A stretch of 64,000 nt of DNA from an uncultured Syntrophaceae bacterium (lineage in GTDB: Bacteria > Desulfobacterota > SM23-61). Of this stretch, positions 1 to 10,101 are shown piece after piece (position 1 is the first letter of the stretch; each line of letters opens with the position of its first letter). Where the stretch lies: assembly GCA_964484485.1 (NCBI GenBank), contig CAZAGD010000231.1, forward strand, positions 4,078 to 68,077, in the 5' to 3' direction. The translations under genes and the position numbers were made by a program. The notes under the pieces were generated by a model, which was not told where the DNA came from, ran no database searches, and worked only from the letters and a program-made list of their open reading frames with translations.

Positions 1-694
1 CCGGTACATCACCGCTCACGATCCGTTGGGCCAATCCCTCGACAATGGCTGTTTTTCCCACTCCTGGTTCGCCAATCAGAACTGGGTTATTTTTAGTCCG
101 CCTTGATAGAACTTGCATTACCCTTCTAATTTCATCATCTCGGCCAATCACTGGATCCAATTTGCCTTTGCGGGCTAAATCAGTCAAATCGCGGGTATAT
201 CTACTAAGGGCCTGGTATTTTTCTTCCGGGTTTTGATCAGTCACTCTTTGCGACCCCCGGATGGTAGCTAAAACTCTGTAGATCTCATTTTTGCTTATTC
301 CTTGATTAGCTAAAATACGCGCGCCCGATCCCTCCTGATCCTCAGTCATGGCTAACAGCAAATGTTCGGTACTTACGTAAGAGTCCTTTAAATGTTCAGC
401 TTCTAAAAAGGATTTATCCAATATTTTTTTTAGTCGGGGAGATATGTATACCTGCCCGCTATCAACGCCATAAACTTTAGGAATCTTCTTTAAAGCTTCC
501 TCCAATTGCGTAAGCGTAGCGGGAATGGAAACGCCTATTTTTTGAAATATTTGGGGAACCACTCCATCATTTTGCTGTAGCAAAGCAATTAATAAATGTT
601 CCGGTTCAATTTGTTGGTGCTCATGCTTCTCGGCTATCCCTTGGGCTTCTTGCAGGGCTTCTTGGGCTTTTATCGTAAACTTATCTAACCGCAT
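1..694 (-). CDS. clpB: ClpB disaggregase, N-terminal portion (gene continues beyond window start); ATG at 692-694, SD AAGGAG upstream
   Basis: Reverse-strand translation [35 protein letters not shown]...[24 protein letters not shown] matches ClpB N-domain and first Walker A; no stop before window edge. Confidence 0.9.
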   Translation of the reverse strand, partial: MRLDKFTIKAQEALQEAQGIAEKHEHQQIEPEHLLIALLQQNDGVVPQIFQKIGVSIPATLTQLEEALKKIPKVYGVDSGQVYISPRLKKILDKSFLEAEHLKDSYVSTEHLLLAMTEDQEGSGARILANQGISKNEIYRVLATIRGSQRVTDQNPEEKYQALSRYTRDLTDLARKGKLDPVIGRDDEIRRVMQVLSRRTKNNPVLIGEPGVGKTAIVEGLAQRIVSGDVP

Positions 695-754
695 TTTCCT
701 CATCTCCTTCCCCTCTATGGGGTAAAAAATTTATATTAATTTCTCCTTAAAAAT

Positions 755-780
755 TAAGGGGGGCCAAGGCCCCCCTTTTT
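755..780 (-). terminator. GC-rich hairpin (GGGGGGCC..GGCCCCCC) with flanking T runs between hsp20 stop and clpB start
   Basis: Perfect G6/C6 stem followed by T-rich tract on both strands, located directly 3' of hsp20. Confidence 0.55.
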
Positions 781-790
781 CTAGCACCCA

Positions 791-1240
791 TCAGCTCACT
801 TCAACTTTAATTTGTTTGGGCTTAGCTTCCTCTACTTTCGGCAGAGTTATCTTTAAAACCCCATCTCTGAATTGGGCTTTCACTTTTTCTTGGGCCACAG
901 TTCCGGGAAGAGTAAAAGCCCTTTGGAAGGTTCCGTAAGCACGTTCCACACGATGATAATTTTCTTCTTTAACTTCCCGGGCAAATTTTTTCTCACCTTT
1001 TAAGGTCAAGGTATTATCTTTTACTTCCACCGATATATCTTCTGGAGCCACTCCCGGAAGTTCAGCATTGAGGACAATAGCTTCATTCGTTTCGTAGATA
1101 TCCACGGCCGGAACCCAAGAACCTTGGACGATTTCTTCCTCCCGGAAAGGGCTTTGGGTACGGATATCAGAAAACAACCTATTCATCCTTTCTTGCAAAG
1201 CAGCAATTTCCCGAAAAGGATCCCAACGAATTAACGCCAT
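791..1240 (-). CDS. Hsp20/alpha-crystallin family small heat shock protein
   Basis: 149 aa, alpha-crystallin domain signature (AxxxxGVLxIxLPK), SD GGAGGGG upstream. Confidence 0.85.
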   Translation of the reverse strand: MALIRWDPFREIAALQERMNRLFSDIRTQSPFREEEIVQGSWVPAVDIYETNEAIVLNAELPGVAPEDISVEVKDNTLTLKGEKKFAREVKEENYHRVERAYGTFQRAFTLPGTVAQEKVKAQFRDGVLKITLPKVEEAKPKQIKVEVS

Positions 1241-1281
1241 CTTTTATCCCCTCCTTTCTGAATTTTACTCACACTCAAAAA

Positions 1282-2316
1282 CTAAGCATTGGGCTCTCTC
1301 TTGTCAACCCCCATTTCGTTCTTCTTTTGTTTTTTAGATAATTTTTGTTCCTTGCTCCGGGCGTTTTTTTTAAATTGAAAATGCATCTCCTCCAAATCGG
1401 GAAATTTTTCTTTTAAAAATATCTTTAATTTTTCTAAAACTCTTTTTTCTATTTGGCGAGCTCTTTCCCGCGAGATATGTAACTCATCTCCTGCGGCTTG
1501 CAGAGTGAGCGGATTTTCAGCCAATAGTCTATGCTGCAAAATAAAAGCTTCTTTATTCTTTAAAGTCTGGCTAAATTCGGCAATACGCTGCTCAAATATT
1601 TCTTTGAATTGGTTATCCGCTACTTTCTCTTCCAAAACTTCGCTATCAGGCAAAATATCGAGATAAGTTTGCTGCGTTTCATCTTCCAGTGGGGCGTTAA
1701 GAGATAGATCCCCTCCTTCCAAACGCTGATCCATTTCGGCTACTTCTTCCTTACTCACCTCTAATTGCCCGGCTAATAGCTTGGGCCCTGGATTAAAACC
1801 CATTGCTTCCAGGCGATTCTTCTCTTTTTTGAGGCGGAAAAATAACTTCCGTTGCGCCTGGGTCGTCCCCACTTTAACCAGACTCCAGTTATCGATAAGG
1901 AATTTGAGAATATAAGCTCTAATCCACCAAGAGGCATAGGAAGAAAGTTTTACATCACGATAAGGGTTAAATTTTCTTACGGCTTGGAGCAACCCTAAAT
2001 TTCCTTCTTGAATTAAATCTAAAATATTTGTATAGGCGCGTTGATATTCGAAAGCAATCTTGACGACCAAGCGCAAATTAGAGACGATCAAACGGTAGGC
2101 GGCGTACCGATCCTTTTCTTCATACCACTTCTTCGCCAACTCAAATTCCTCCTCGCGGGAAAGGAGAGGAAACTTGCGAATTTCCACTAGGTATTTTTTT
2201 AAAGGGTCGAAGACCTCCAGCGCCGTAGATTCCTGGTCTTCCAAATCCATTTCCGGAAGAGGAGAGAAATCTTCACTCCATTGCGTATGGGAAGAATCCC
2301 TTTCTTCTGTGTTCAT
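1282..2316 (-). CDS. rpoH: RNA polymerase sigma-32 (RpoH-type sigma-70 family factor) with acidic N-terminal and Lys-rich C-terminal extensions
   Basis: Sigma-70 regions 2-4 present; RpoH-box-like QRKLFFRLKK; 344 aa versus about 285 aa typical. Confidence 0.8.
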   Translation of the reverse strand: MNTEERDSSHTQWSEDFSPLPEMDLEDQESTALEVFDPLKKYLVEIRKFPLLSREEEFELAKKWYEEKDRYAAYRLIVSNLRLVVKIAFEYQRAYTNILDLIQEGNLGLLQAVRKFNPYRDVKLSSYASWWIRAYILKFLIDNWSLVKVGTTQAQRKLFFRLKKEKNRLEAMGFNPGPKLLAGQLEVSKEEVAEMDQRLEGGDLSLNAPLEDETQQTYLDILPDSEVLEEKVADNQFKEIFEQRIAEFSQTLKNKEAFILQHRLLAENPLTLQAAGDELHISRERARQIEKRVLEKLKIFLKEKFPDLEEMHFQFKKNARSKEQKLSKKQKKNEMGVDKREPNA

Positions 2317-3728
2317 TCGGCCACCACGGTGAGATAGCCGATATCCCCAGTTCGGCCATCCCGCAACAATAATAAAACTTCTTCCCCAGGCTGAATCTGT
2401 GCTAAGAGGCGCAGATAATCGGACAATCCCCGGATAGGTTGATTCTTCATTTGGTAAATAATATCCCCTGGCTCTATTCCTGCTCGTCCCGCTGGACCTT
2501 GGGGATCTACTTTAGTAACTAATACGCCTTCCCGCTTATCTAAACGCTTCCTTCTTGCTTCCATAATGGATATTTCTTTAACTTCCATCCCCAATTTCTT
2601 TCTAACTTCTGTCTCTTCGGCAGCCACCTTAAGCGAAGATGGTTTATAAGCAGAGACTTCGGCTTGGACAATCATCTTCTTCCCCTGGCGCCAAAGGCCG
2701 ATCTCCACCTTCTTCCCTGGTTTGGTGGTGGCCACGCGGTTTCTAAAATCATTAGCGCTTTCTATCGGCCATCCATCCCAGCTAATAATGACGTCTCCGG
2801 TCATGATACCGGCCTTTTCTGCGGGGGAGTTTTTAAAAACGCTATTAACAAAAGCGCCCTTATGCACCTGCAAATTCATCTTCTTCGCTAAGGCAGGCGT
2901 TATCTCTTGCACGGTCAACCCCAACCAACCGCGATTCACCTTGCCGGTTTTAATCAAATCTTCCGTAATCGCTTTGGCGATATTGCTGGGAATGGCGAAA
3001 CCGATCCCCTCGAATCCTCCTGATTCAGAAATAATAGCTGTATTGACGCCGATTACTTCGCCCAGCAAGTTTAAAAGTGGTCCCCCACTGTTTCCCGGGT
3101 TGATAGCTGCATCAGTTTGTATATAATCTTGGTAGCTGGTAGGATCTAAGATCCCAGTCCGATGTTTAGCACTAATGATGCCGGCAGTTACTGTCTGCTC
3201 TAGGCCGCGGGGATTTCCTATAGCCACTACCCACTCGCCAACCCGCAATTTGTCAGAATTACCAAAACTTAAATAAGGAATATTGGCCGGAGGCTTAATT
3301 TTAATTACGGCCAAATCAGTTTTGGGGTCTGTGCCAATGATTTTGGCAGGGAATTCTTCTCCAGAAGCCATTTTTACGATAATTTTTGTCGCGCCACTAA
3401 CTACGTGGTTGTTAGTTACTATATGCCCTTCTTTATCAACAATCATTCCTGTCCCAATGCCCCGGAGCTCCTTTTTATAACTGCGCGGCCCTTGGGGTAA
3501 GCCAAAAAAATAACGGAAAAAGGGATCGCCTTCAAAGGGGAATACGGGTACCGGAACTTCTACCCGCTGGATTACTTCAATGTGCACAACAGCCGGCATG
3601 GCTTTCTGAGCTACATCAGCTATAGCGGTGGTCAAATCTAAAGCAACTGCCTTTGGTGGTTCTTCCCCAATTCCTGCCTGAATAAATATGCTTTCAAAGC
3701 ATATTAAAAAAATTAAGGCTACCCTCAA
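2313..3728 (-). CDS. htrA: HtrA/DegP-family periplasmic serine protease with PDZ domains
   Basis: Signal peptide, trypsin-like catalytic GNSGGPL motif, two PDZ-like regions; 4-nt overlap with rpoH start. Confidence 0.9.
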   Translation of the reverse strand: MRVALIFLICFESIFIQAGIGEEPPKAVALDLTTAIADVAQKAMPAVVHIEVIQRVEVPVPVFPFEGDPFFRYFFGLPQGPRSYKKELRGIGTGMIVDKEGHIVTNNHVVSGATKIIVKMASGEEFPAKIIGTDPKTDLAVIKIKPPANIPYLSFGNSDKLRVGEWVVAIGNPRGLEQTVTAGIISAKHRTGILDPTSYQDYIQTDAAINPGNSGGPLLNLLGEVIGVNTAIISESGGFEGIGFAIPSNIAKAITEDLIKTGKVNRGWLGLTVQEITPALAKKMNLQVHKGAFVNSVFKNSPAEKAGIMTGDVIISWDGWPIESANDFRNRVATTKPGKKVEIGLWRQGKKMIVQAEVSAYKPSSLKVAAEETEVRKKLGMEVKEISIMEARRKRLDKREGVLVTKVDPQGPAGRAGIEPGDIIYQMKNQPIRGLSDYLRLLAQIQPGEEVLLLLRDGRTGDIGYLTVVAE

Positions 3729-4054
3729 AAAATTAGGCGAAATAATTATTTCCTCCTCTTAATTCTATATAAATTTAAAAATTCTTCTTCATGAACAGGA
3801 ATTAAACTATTTAAAATGTTAACCTTTTAATTGGCCAAAGTCAATCATACCCATTTCGGACTGTCGATCAGTTTTGTTTTAATGACTTTAAAATGATTTA
3901 TCAATGCTGGCTCAGATTCAAATTTAAAAATGATCGAGCCCACGCCCATTTGTGACTGTTTAAAATTTTTAATTTTTCGCCAACATGGTCTGAGGAGAAA
4001 GAGGAATATTAATAAGCCCCAAATATTCCTCCTCCTGCCGGTTTTATTTTTAAT

Positions 4055-4756
4055 CTATTTAGCCGTTGGCCAGGTAGGTCGAGGCGACATGTATAATTCT
4101 TGGAGGCCGGCCATGGTAAATTTGTCTGATTTGCAAAAATTAATAACTTTTCTTTCCCAGTCTTCGATTAATTGGGCGGCTTGCGGAACATCTTTAGCTA
4201 TTGTTAAAGGGATGGAGATCACCCCGTGTTTATCACCCATGATTAAGTCTCCCGGTTTCACTAAAAGGCCGCCCACTTTCACAGGTATGCCTACATCAAC
4301 AAGATGCACATACGCATGGGAGACAGATATGCAACTGGCAAAAAAATGAAAACCTAATTCTTTAACTTCATCTAAATCTCTTACGGAACCATCTGTAACC
4401 GCGCCCACACAACCCAAGGCCCGATGAATATTGGCATTTACTTCCCCCCAGAATGATCCGACTACAGGACGATCAAGATCGTGAATGACCGCTACTCGAG
4501 GGGCGGGTATTTTCTGAATCTCCTCCCACCATTGCTGTGGCTGGATTCGCCGACCTTCTGGCGATTCGGCACTGATGACGGCCGTAACGGCATAGCCAAT
4601 CATCGGCCCTAGGTCAGAAAAAAGACATTTAATTTCCGGAAGCATGAACCCTTCGTTTCGGGGACGAACATTGAAAAGCTCAATGGCATTCGCTACGGCA
4701 CAGGTCGACCAACGGCGGAGAGCTTCTATTTCTTCTTTTTTTAAATAGGAGCTCAT
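4055..4756 (-). CDS. RraA family protein (RraA/4-hydroxy-4-methyl-2-oxoglutarate aldolase-like)
   Basis: 233 aa; RraA-like motifs GAVTDGSVRD and GDLIMGDKHGVISIP. Confidence 0.7.
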   Translation of the reverse strand: MSSYLKKEEIEALRRWSTCAVANAIELFNVRPRNEGFMLPEIKCLFSDLGPMIGYAVTAVISAESPEGRRIQPQQWWEEIQKIPAPRVAVIHDLDRPVVGSFWGEVNANIHRALGCVGAVTDGSVRDLDEVKELGFHFFASCISVSHAYVHLVDVGIPVKVGGLLVKPGDLIMGDKHGVISIPLTIAKDVPQAAQLIEDWERKVINFCKSDKFTMAGLQELYMSPRPTWPTAK

Positions 4757-4832
4757 TCATGATCCTCCTTTCGATGGTAAAATTTGCCTGACAAGATTTA
4801 AACGCATTTTGTCACCCTTTATTAATCGGGGT

Positions 4833-5056
4833 AATTAAATATTTACAGTTATCACTCTTACCTTTTCCCGTGTTTGGTCATATCGACTTTTTCCAATGCG
4901 ACTGGGTCGTAATTTGGCATAAGAAATGAAACCAAATGCAGCCAGGGACAAGCCCTTGCCCTACGTTTGAGATTTTTTAACTTCTCGTGGGGCAAACCCT
5001 TGGGGCTTGCCGGACCATGCATGAAGATGTAATTTATTTTATGTTCCCATTAATAA
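4833..5056. repeat. Copy 1 of a roughly 225 bp structured intergenic repeat family
   Basis: About 88% identical to 25159-25385 over its full length; contains GC-rich hairpin GGCAAaCCC-TTG-GGGCTTGCC (4991-5011) and a T-run after a second hairpin. Confidence 0.8.
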
Positions 5057-5101
5057 GTCAAGTTCAATTAAACGAATAGTCCATTTAAAAATCTTGAGTC
5101 A

Positions 5102-5464
5102 TTAATTGGCCAGCCATCTCAATACTCGGAAATGAAAAGCAGCCTGATTCAATCCCTCCATTTCGCAAAAAACTTTGAAGAAATCGGTACCTTTTATTAG
5201 GTAAACAAAATCCCTCATGAATAAGGAAATTATTAACCCTTCACCCGAAGATGGATTCAGGCCTTTTTCTTTAAGATATTTGGCTAATTTGGGATAGACT
5301 ATATCACGTAAATAATCCCAGGTCTTATCCTTATCCAACACTACTTCATAAATAAGTAAGGAGTCGCCCTCTTTTTCTCTAAGCTCATAAGCCACTTTGT
5401 TGTACTCAATTCCGGGGACTATTTTAAAAGCTTTTGTTAACAAAAGGTCTTTATAATCAGGCAT
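5102..5464 (-). CDS. hypothetical protein (120 aa)
   Basis: Intact ORF with good codon usage, no recognised domain. Confidence 0.55.
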   Translation of the reverse strand: MPDYKDLLLTKAFKIVPGIEYNKVAYELREKEGDSLLIYEVVLDKDKTWDYLRDIVYPKLAKYLKEKGLNPSSGEGLIISLFMRDFVYLIKGTDFFKVFCEMEGLNQAAFHFRVLRWLAN

Positions 5465-5573
5465 AATCAGTTTTTTGAAGTAATTAGGTTTTTTATTTTT
5501 TATAATTGCTATGTCTTACTTATCATGATATAGAAATTTAAAAGAGGCAAGTCAATTTTTAAAAGGTTCCCTT

Positions 5574-6251
5574 ATGCTTTATAGCCCTATCGCAGGTATT
5601 TTCTTTATCATCTTCTTTTTATTTACTACTTTTTTCTTATTGCTCATTCAGATTAACGTTATAACTCTGGCCTTTATTAAAATTGGGATTTCACCTCAAG
5701 TAGTTATGGTAACGCTTTTCTTTATTTTAATAGGCAGTTTTATAAACATTCCCATTATGAAGATTCCTCAAGAAACCATGGTCAGCCAAAAGAGAATCAA
5801 TTTTTTTGGGTTTACCTACATAATTCCGGTCTGGAAAAAGAAAGTGACCGTTTTGGCGATTAATGTGGGAGGTGCTGTTATTCCTTCTATAGTCTCCTTT
5901 TATTTGCTTTTTAAATCCGGATTGTATTTTAAAGGAATTCTGGCCACTCTTTTTATTACGATCATATGCTATAAGTTGGCCAAGCCCATAAGAGGAATAG
6001 GAATTGCGCTTCCTTTCTTTATTCCCCCTTCTTTGGCGGCTATTTTTTCCATGATCATTGCCTATGATTCAGCACCTATAATTGCTTATATATCCGGAAC
6101 ATTAGGAACATTAATCGGAGCCGATATTCTTAATTTAAAAAAAATTAGCCAACTGGGGGCTCCAGTAGCTTCTATTGGCGGAGCTGGGACTTTTGATGGA
6201 ATTTTTCTCACAGGTATTCTGGCCGTCTTATTTTCTTCCATCTTTTCGTAA
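5574..6251 (+). CDS. Polytopic membrane protein (DUF1614-like)
   Basis: 225 aa, multiple hydrophobic helices, GGAGTFDGI motif. Confidence 0.7.
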   Translation: MLYSPIAGIFFIIFFLFTTFFLLLIQINVITLAFIKIGISPQVVMVTLFFILIGSFINIPIMKIPQETMVSQKRINFFGFTYIIPVWKKKVTVLAINVGGAVIPSIVSFYLLFKSGLYFKGILATLFITIICYKLAKPIRGIGIALPFFIPPSLAAIFSMIIAYDSAPIIAYISGTLGTLIGADILNLKKISQLGAPVASIGGAGTFDGIFLTGILAVLFSSIFS

Positions 6252-6340
6252 AAAGAGAGCATGATAAACTTGCTTAAAATTTATCCTCTGCTCTGGGGCG
6301 TTTAAAAAGTTGGCTCAATTTATTGAAAGGGAGAATAAAA

Positions 6341-7480
6341 ATGGATATTGCTGAAAGAATAAAAAATATTCAAGGTTCTGAGCGTTCCCAAAGAAAAATA
6401 ACTGTCCCGCCAGGAGCAATTCGTTTAGATTTGGGCGATCCTGATTTTCCTACTCCCCTACATATTCAAGAGGCTGCTTTTAAAGCAATGCGCGACAATT
6501 TTACTCATTATGGTAATGCTTATGGGGAAGAGGACTTGCGTGAGGCTATCTGCCACCGCCTCTTCCAGGACTTGGGAGTAAGAAAAACCCCTGAAAATGT
6601 TTTAATCACGGTCGGCGGAATCGAGGCGATTAATACTATCTGTGCTACTTACCTAAACCCGGGAGATGAGGTAATCGTTTTTGATCCAGGATATTCTGCC
6701 TATGCGGTCTCGGCGACTTTGTTTGGAGGTCACCCCATTGCTGTCCCTCTCTTAGATGACTTCCATATTGATTTTGATATATTAAAGAAAAAAATTAGCC
6801 TCCGCACAAAAATAATATTTCTGGCTAACCCCAGTAACCCCACAGCCACCGTTCTCCGCCAAGAAGAAGTGATCAACCTAGCGCAGATTGCCCAAGCTCA
6901 TAATCTGTTGTTAGTTGTGGATGAGGTTTATCACAAGTTGATTTACGATGGACATAAGCATTTCTCTATCTGCCAGGTCGAAGAGGCTAAAAACAAAACT
7001 ATTCTCTTAAATAGTTTTTCTAAAACCTACGCCATGACTGGCTGGCGGGTAGGCTACGTAGTAGCTGAACCTGAAATCATTAAAAATCTCATTCATTTCC
7101 ATCGGGCCCTGGTAAGCTGTGTGAGCGTCCCGGCCCAAAAAGCCTGCGTTACGGCTCTTCTGGGGCCTCAAGATTGCGTGACCAAGATGGTCGCTGAATT
7201 TGACCAGAGAAGAAAATTGGTAGCAGAAGGGCTGGGAAAAATTGCCCGTTTAACTTGCCAACCTTGCGCTGGAGCTTTTTACTTTTTCCCCAAATTTGGG
7301 CATCAATTGAGCAGCAAAGACATGACTAACTATTTGCTCAGCCAAGGGATTCTGTTGCGTAGTGGAACAGAATTTGGAGAAAAGGGAGAAAAGCATATGC
7401 GTATTTCTTTTGCCACTTCTTTGGATGATCTGCGCGAAGGATTGCTTAGGCTAAAAAAAGCTTTAGATGAGCTTCCCTAA
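6341..7480 (+). CDS. Class I/II pyridoxal-phosphate-dependent aminotransferase (aspartate aminotransferase-like)
   Basis: NPSNPT motif and [15 protein letters not shown] (PLP-lysine region); ATG 6341 preferred over TTG 6323 because of SD AAAGGGAG. Confidence 0.85.
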   Translation: MDIAERIKNIQGSERSQRKITVPPGAIRLDLGDPDFPTPLHIQEAAFKAMRDNFTHYGNAYGEEDLREAICHRLFQDLGVRKTPENVLITVGGIEAINTICATYLNPGDEVIVFDPGYSAYAVSATLFGGHPIAVPLLDDFHIDFDILKKKISLRTKIIFLANPSNPTATVLRQEEVINLAQIAQAHNLLLVVDEVYHKLIYDGHKHFSICQVEEAKNKTILLNSFSKTYAMTGWRVGYVVAEPEIIKNLIHFHRALVSCVSVPAQKACVTALLGPQDCVTKMVAEFDQRRKLVAEGLGKIARLTCQPCAGAFYFFPKFGHQLSSKDMTNYLLSQGILLRSGTEFGEKGEKHMRISFATSLDDLREGLLRLKKALDELP

Positions 7481-8993
7481 AAAGGTTGACTTTTTTCTCC
7501 GCCGCCCAGTGGCGAGCCTTAGAAACGGCTATCTGCCAGCGTTCATAGAGCAACTCGCGCTGCGCCGCCCGAAGACGCGGCGTAAATTTTTTTTTGATTT
7601 TAAAATTTTGGGATAATTCTTGCTGGTCTTTCCAATAACCCACGGCTAAACCAGCTAAATAGGCCGCCCCCAAAGAAGTAACTTCTGTCACTTCGGGAAC
7701 GACCACCGGAACTCCTAAGATGTCGGCCTGAAACTGCATGAGAAAACTATTGGCCGTTGCTCCTCCATCTGCGCGCAGTTCTTTTAATTTTAGACCGGCA
7801 TCTCTTTCCATGCATTCTAAAACATCTCGCGTTTGATAAGCAATCGCTTCCAGAGCTGCGCGAGCTATATGCGCTTTCGTCGTCCCCCGAGTTAATCCCA
7901 AGATGGCTCCCCGGGCAAACATGTCCCAATAAGGAGCACCCAAGCCGACAAAAGCTGGGACAAAATATACACCCTCATTAGAATTCAAGCTGGCCGCCAA
8001 TGATTCGCTCTCCTTAGCCTGAGTAATAATTTGCAAGCCATCCCGCAGCCATTGGACAACCGCCCCACCAATAAAAACGCTGCCCTCTAAGGCATAATCC
8101 ACCTTTCCGGATAATCCCCAGCTAATGGTCGTTAAGAGATTATTTTGGGAAATAGCTGGTTTATCTCCGGTATGCATTAAAAGAAAACAACCAGTTCCGT
8201 AGGTATTCTTGGACTGCCCCTTCTGAAAGCAAGTTTGTCCAAATAGCGCTCCTTGTTGATCGCCAATAATTCCACATATGGGTACTTCCCCGCCGAAAAA
8301 GACCTCTGGAGAAGTATAACCATAGAAATGACTCGAAGGTTTAACTTGGGGCAGAATGCTTGCCGGAATACCAAAATAATTTAAGATATCCTTGTCCCAA
8401 GAAAGGTCATGGATATTAAAAAAAAGAGTCCGCGAGGCATTGGAATAATCGGTGACATGCAGTCTCCTGCCGCTTAATTGATAAGCCAGCCAGCTATCCA
8501 CTGTCCCAAAAGCTATGTCGCCCTGTTCAGCAGCCTTGCGCAATTTTTGGTTATGTTCTAAGATCCATTTTATTTTTGTGCCAGAAAAATAAGCATCTAT
8601 TATCAAGCCAGTTTTTTGACGAACTTTTTTACCAAAGGTGCTTTGCTTTAGCCGCGCACATTCTGCTGCCGTTCGCCGGCATTGCCAGACTATGGCATTG
8701 TAAACCGGTTGGCCTTTATCCCGCCGCCAAAGAATGGTGGTTTCTCTTTGATTTGTTATACCTATGGCAGCCAGCTGGGAAGGAGAAATATGGGCCGCAT
8801 CTAAGGCCCTCTTCACGGCCGCCATTTGTGACTCCCAGATCTCCAGCGGATCATGTTCTACCCATCCCGGCTTGGGGTATATTTGCCTTATTTCCTGGCT
8901 ACCCAGGCCGACGATTTTCCCTTGGTGATTATAAACAATTGCCCGCGAACTGGTTGTCCCTTGATCTAAGGCCAAAATATACTTCTTTTTCAT
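7446..8993 (-). CDS. glpK: Glycerol kinase
   Basis: N-terminus [20 protein letters not shown] and FGGY-kinase motifs; an alternative ATG at 8999 is possible. Confidence 0.9.
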   Translation of the reverse strand: MKKKYILALDQGTTSSRAIVYNHQGKIVGLGSQEIRQIYPKPGWVEHDPLEIWESQMAAVKRALDAAHISPSQLAAIGITNQRETTILWRRDKGQPVYNAIVWQCRRTAAECARLKQSTFGKKVRQKTGLIIDAYFSGTKIKWILEHNQKLRKAAEQGDIAFGTVDSWLAYQLSGRRLHVTDYSNASRTLFFNIHDLSWDKDILNYFGIPASILPQVKPSSHFYGYTSPEVFFGGEVPICGIIGDQQGALFGQTCFQKGQSKNTYGTGCFLLMHTGDKPAISQNNLLTTISWGLSGKVDYALEGSVFIGGAVVQWLRDGLQIITQAKESESLAASLNSNEGVYFVPAFVGLGAPYWDMFARGAILGLTRGTTKAHIARAALEAIAYQTRDVLECMERDAGLKLKELRADGGATANSFLMQFQADILGVPVVVPEVTEVTSLGAAYLAGLAVGYWKDQQELSQNFKIKKKFTPRLRAAQRELLYERWQIAVSKARHWAAEKKVNLFREAHLKLFLA

Positions 8994-9060
8994 GCTCATC
9001 TTTCCGCCAAGAAGGCCTCTGCTCTTAATTGCTGCGGTTGAAGGTGACTATCTTCAAATG

Positions 9061-10101
9061 TCAATCCTCTTGCATGGCTGGCCAATCTACGTATTTTTGC
9101 ACCAATTCAGTTAATATCTTTATTTTTTCTTCATCTTCTTTGGTCAGCAAAGGTTCCAAGCTTTCTATTTGCTTAGCCGTTTGGTAGGTATCCGAAAAGA
9201 CCATTAATAGGGGCACATGCCGTTCTTCTGCTTTAGCAATTATATGTGAAGGAGGCAAGACGTTATTAGTAAGAATTATTCCAGCCGTATCACTTTCTAA
9301 AGCAGCCAGGATCATATCTGTGCGATCCCCGCCGGTTATGATCAATTTGCTTTCTTTTTGGAATATGGGGTTCTGCACGAAAGTGCTGGCCGACCAGGCC
9401 CCAATCAGGATATTTTTAACTGGCCGATTTAATTCTTTTTCGCCAGTAATAACTTTGGCAAACAATCGTTCCGCTAAATAAGCCATGGAAAAATAAGTTA
9501 AATCACTTTGGTAAGGAAGAACCCCTAAGATGGACAAATTTAGCTTCTTGATTAAAGGTAATTGAATCTCCTGAAACTCTTCCAAATTCTGAACTTTATT
9601 TATGAGCAGGCCCCCCAACTGCACTCCCTTTAAATCCAAATACTTTTTGAGAAAATAAATATCATCCAAAATAGCATTTTCTTCACCGCTGACGACTAAG
9701 TACAACTTACTGCCGGTAAATTTGGCCAAAGAGAGTGGATCAAGATGAATGGAAATACCGTAGGTCAAATCCTTGCCGCCTTCCAAGAAAAGGAGATCTT
9801 TGCCCGGGGCAATGTGCTCAATTGTCTCTAAAAGCTTTTTCTTGGTTCCCTCTTCATCGTACATGAAGCGCAACTTAGAGTGATCAAAACCTATGCTCAT
9901 ATCCACGGGGTCTTCTTTTAACCCAAAGATCTGGGTCACTAAAGCGGAATCATAATCCCACAATCTCTTTTTGCGGTAGAGAAGCCTTTCTCCGAAGGGC
10001 TTTAAGTAGCCAACCTTCTTATTAGCCGCCAAACCAAGGCCCACGATTACACTGGTTTTGCCGGCACTTCTTCTCCAGGAAGCCATAACCAATTTTTTCA
10101 T
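9061..10101 (-). CDS. BioD-like P-loop plus DRTGG domain protein (phosphotransacetylase N-terminal regulatory domain-like)
   Basis: GKTSV P-loop and ITGGDRTD (DRTGG) motif; 346 aa; directly downstream of the acyl-CoA synthetase gene. Confidence 0.6.
   Translation of the reverse strand: MKKLVMASWRRSAGKTSVIVGLGLAANKKVGYLKPFGERLLYRKKRLWDYDSALVTQIFGLKEDPVDMSIGFDHSKLRFMYDEEGTKKKLLETIEHIAPGKDLLFLEGGKDLTYGISIHLDPLSLAKFTGSKLYLVVSGEENAILDDIYFLKKYLDLKGVQLGGLLINKVQNLEEFQEIQLPLIKKLNLSILGVLPYQSDLTYFSMAYLAERLFAKVITGEKELNRPVKNILIGAWSASTFVQNPIFQKESKLIITGGDRTDMILAALESDTAGIILTNNVLPPSHIIAKAEERHVPLLMVFSDTYQTAKQIESLEPLLTKEDEEKIKILTELVQKYVDWPAMQED

Noticed and set aside
1291-1316. TTGACA/CCCCCATTT promoter-like elements upstream of hsp20
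   Set aside because: They lie inside the rpoH coding 3' end. The CCCCCATTT is on the plus strand with no spacer to a -35 and nothing to transcribe in that direction. Coincidental.
2664-3480. ORF-table entries 2664-2891, 2722-3126 and 3283-3480 (+) antisense to htrA
   Set aside because: Fully embedded antisense to a well-supported protease gene. Low-complexity translations and no SD. Typical shadow ORFs.
3930-4349. ORF 3930-4349 (+), 139 aa
   Set aside because: Overlaps the RraA-like gene on the opposite strand. No SD and no homology. Shadow ORF.
7747-9028. Multiple ORF-table entries antisense to or overlapping glpK (7747-7929, 7757-7981, 8177-8374, 8576-9028)
   Set aside because: All are inside glpK on either strand and out of frame. 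Pro/Arg-rich junk translations.
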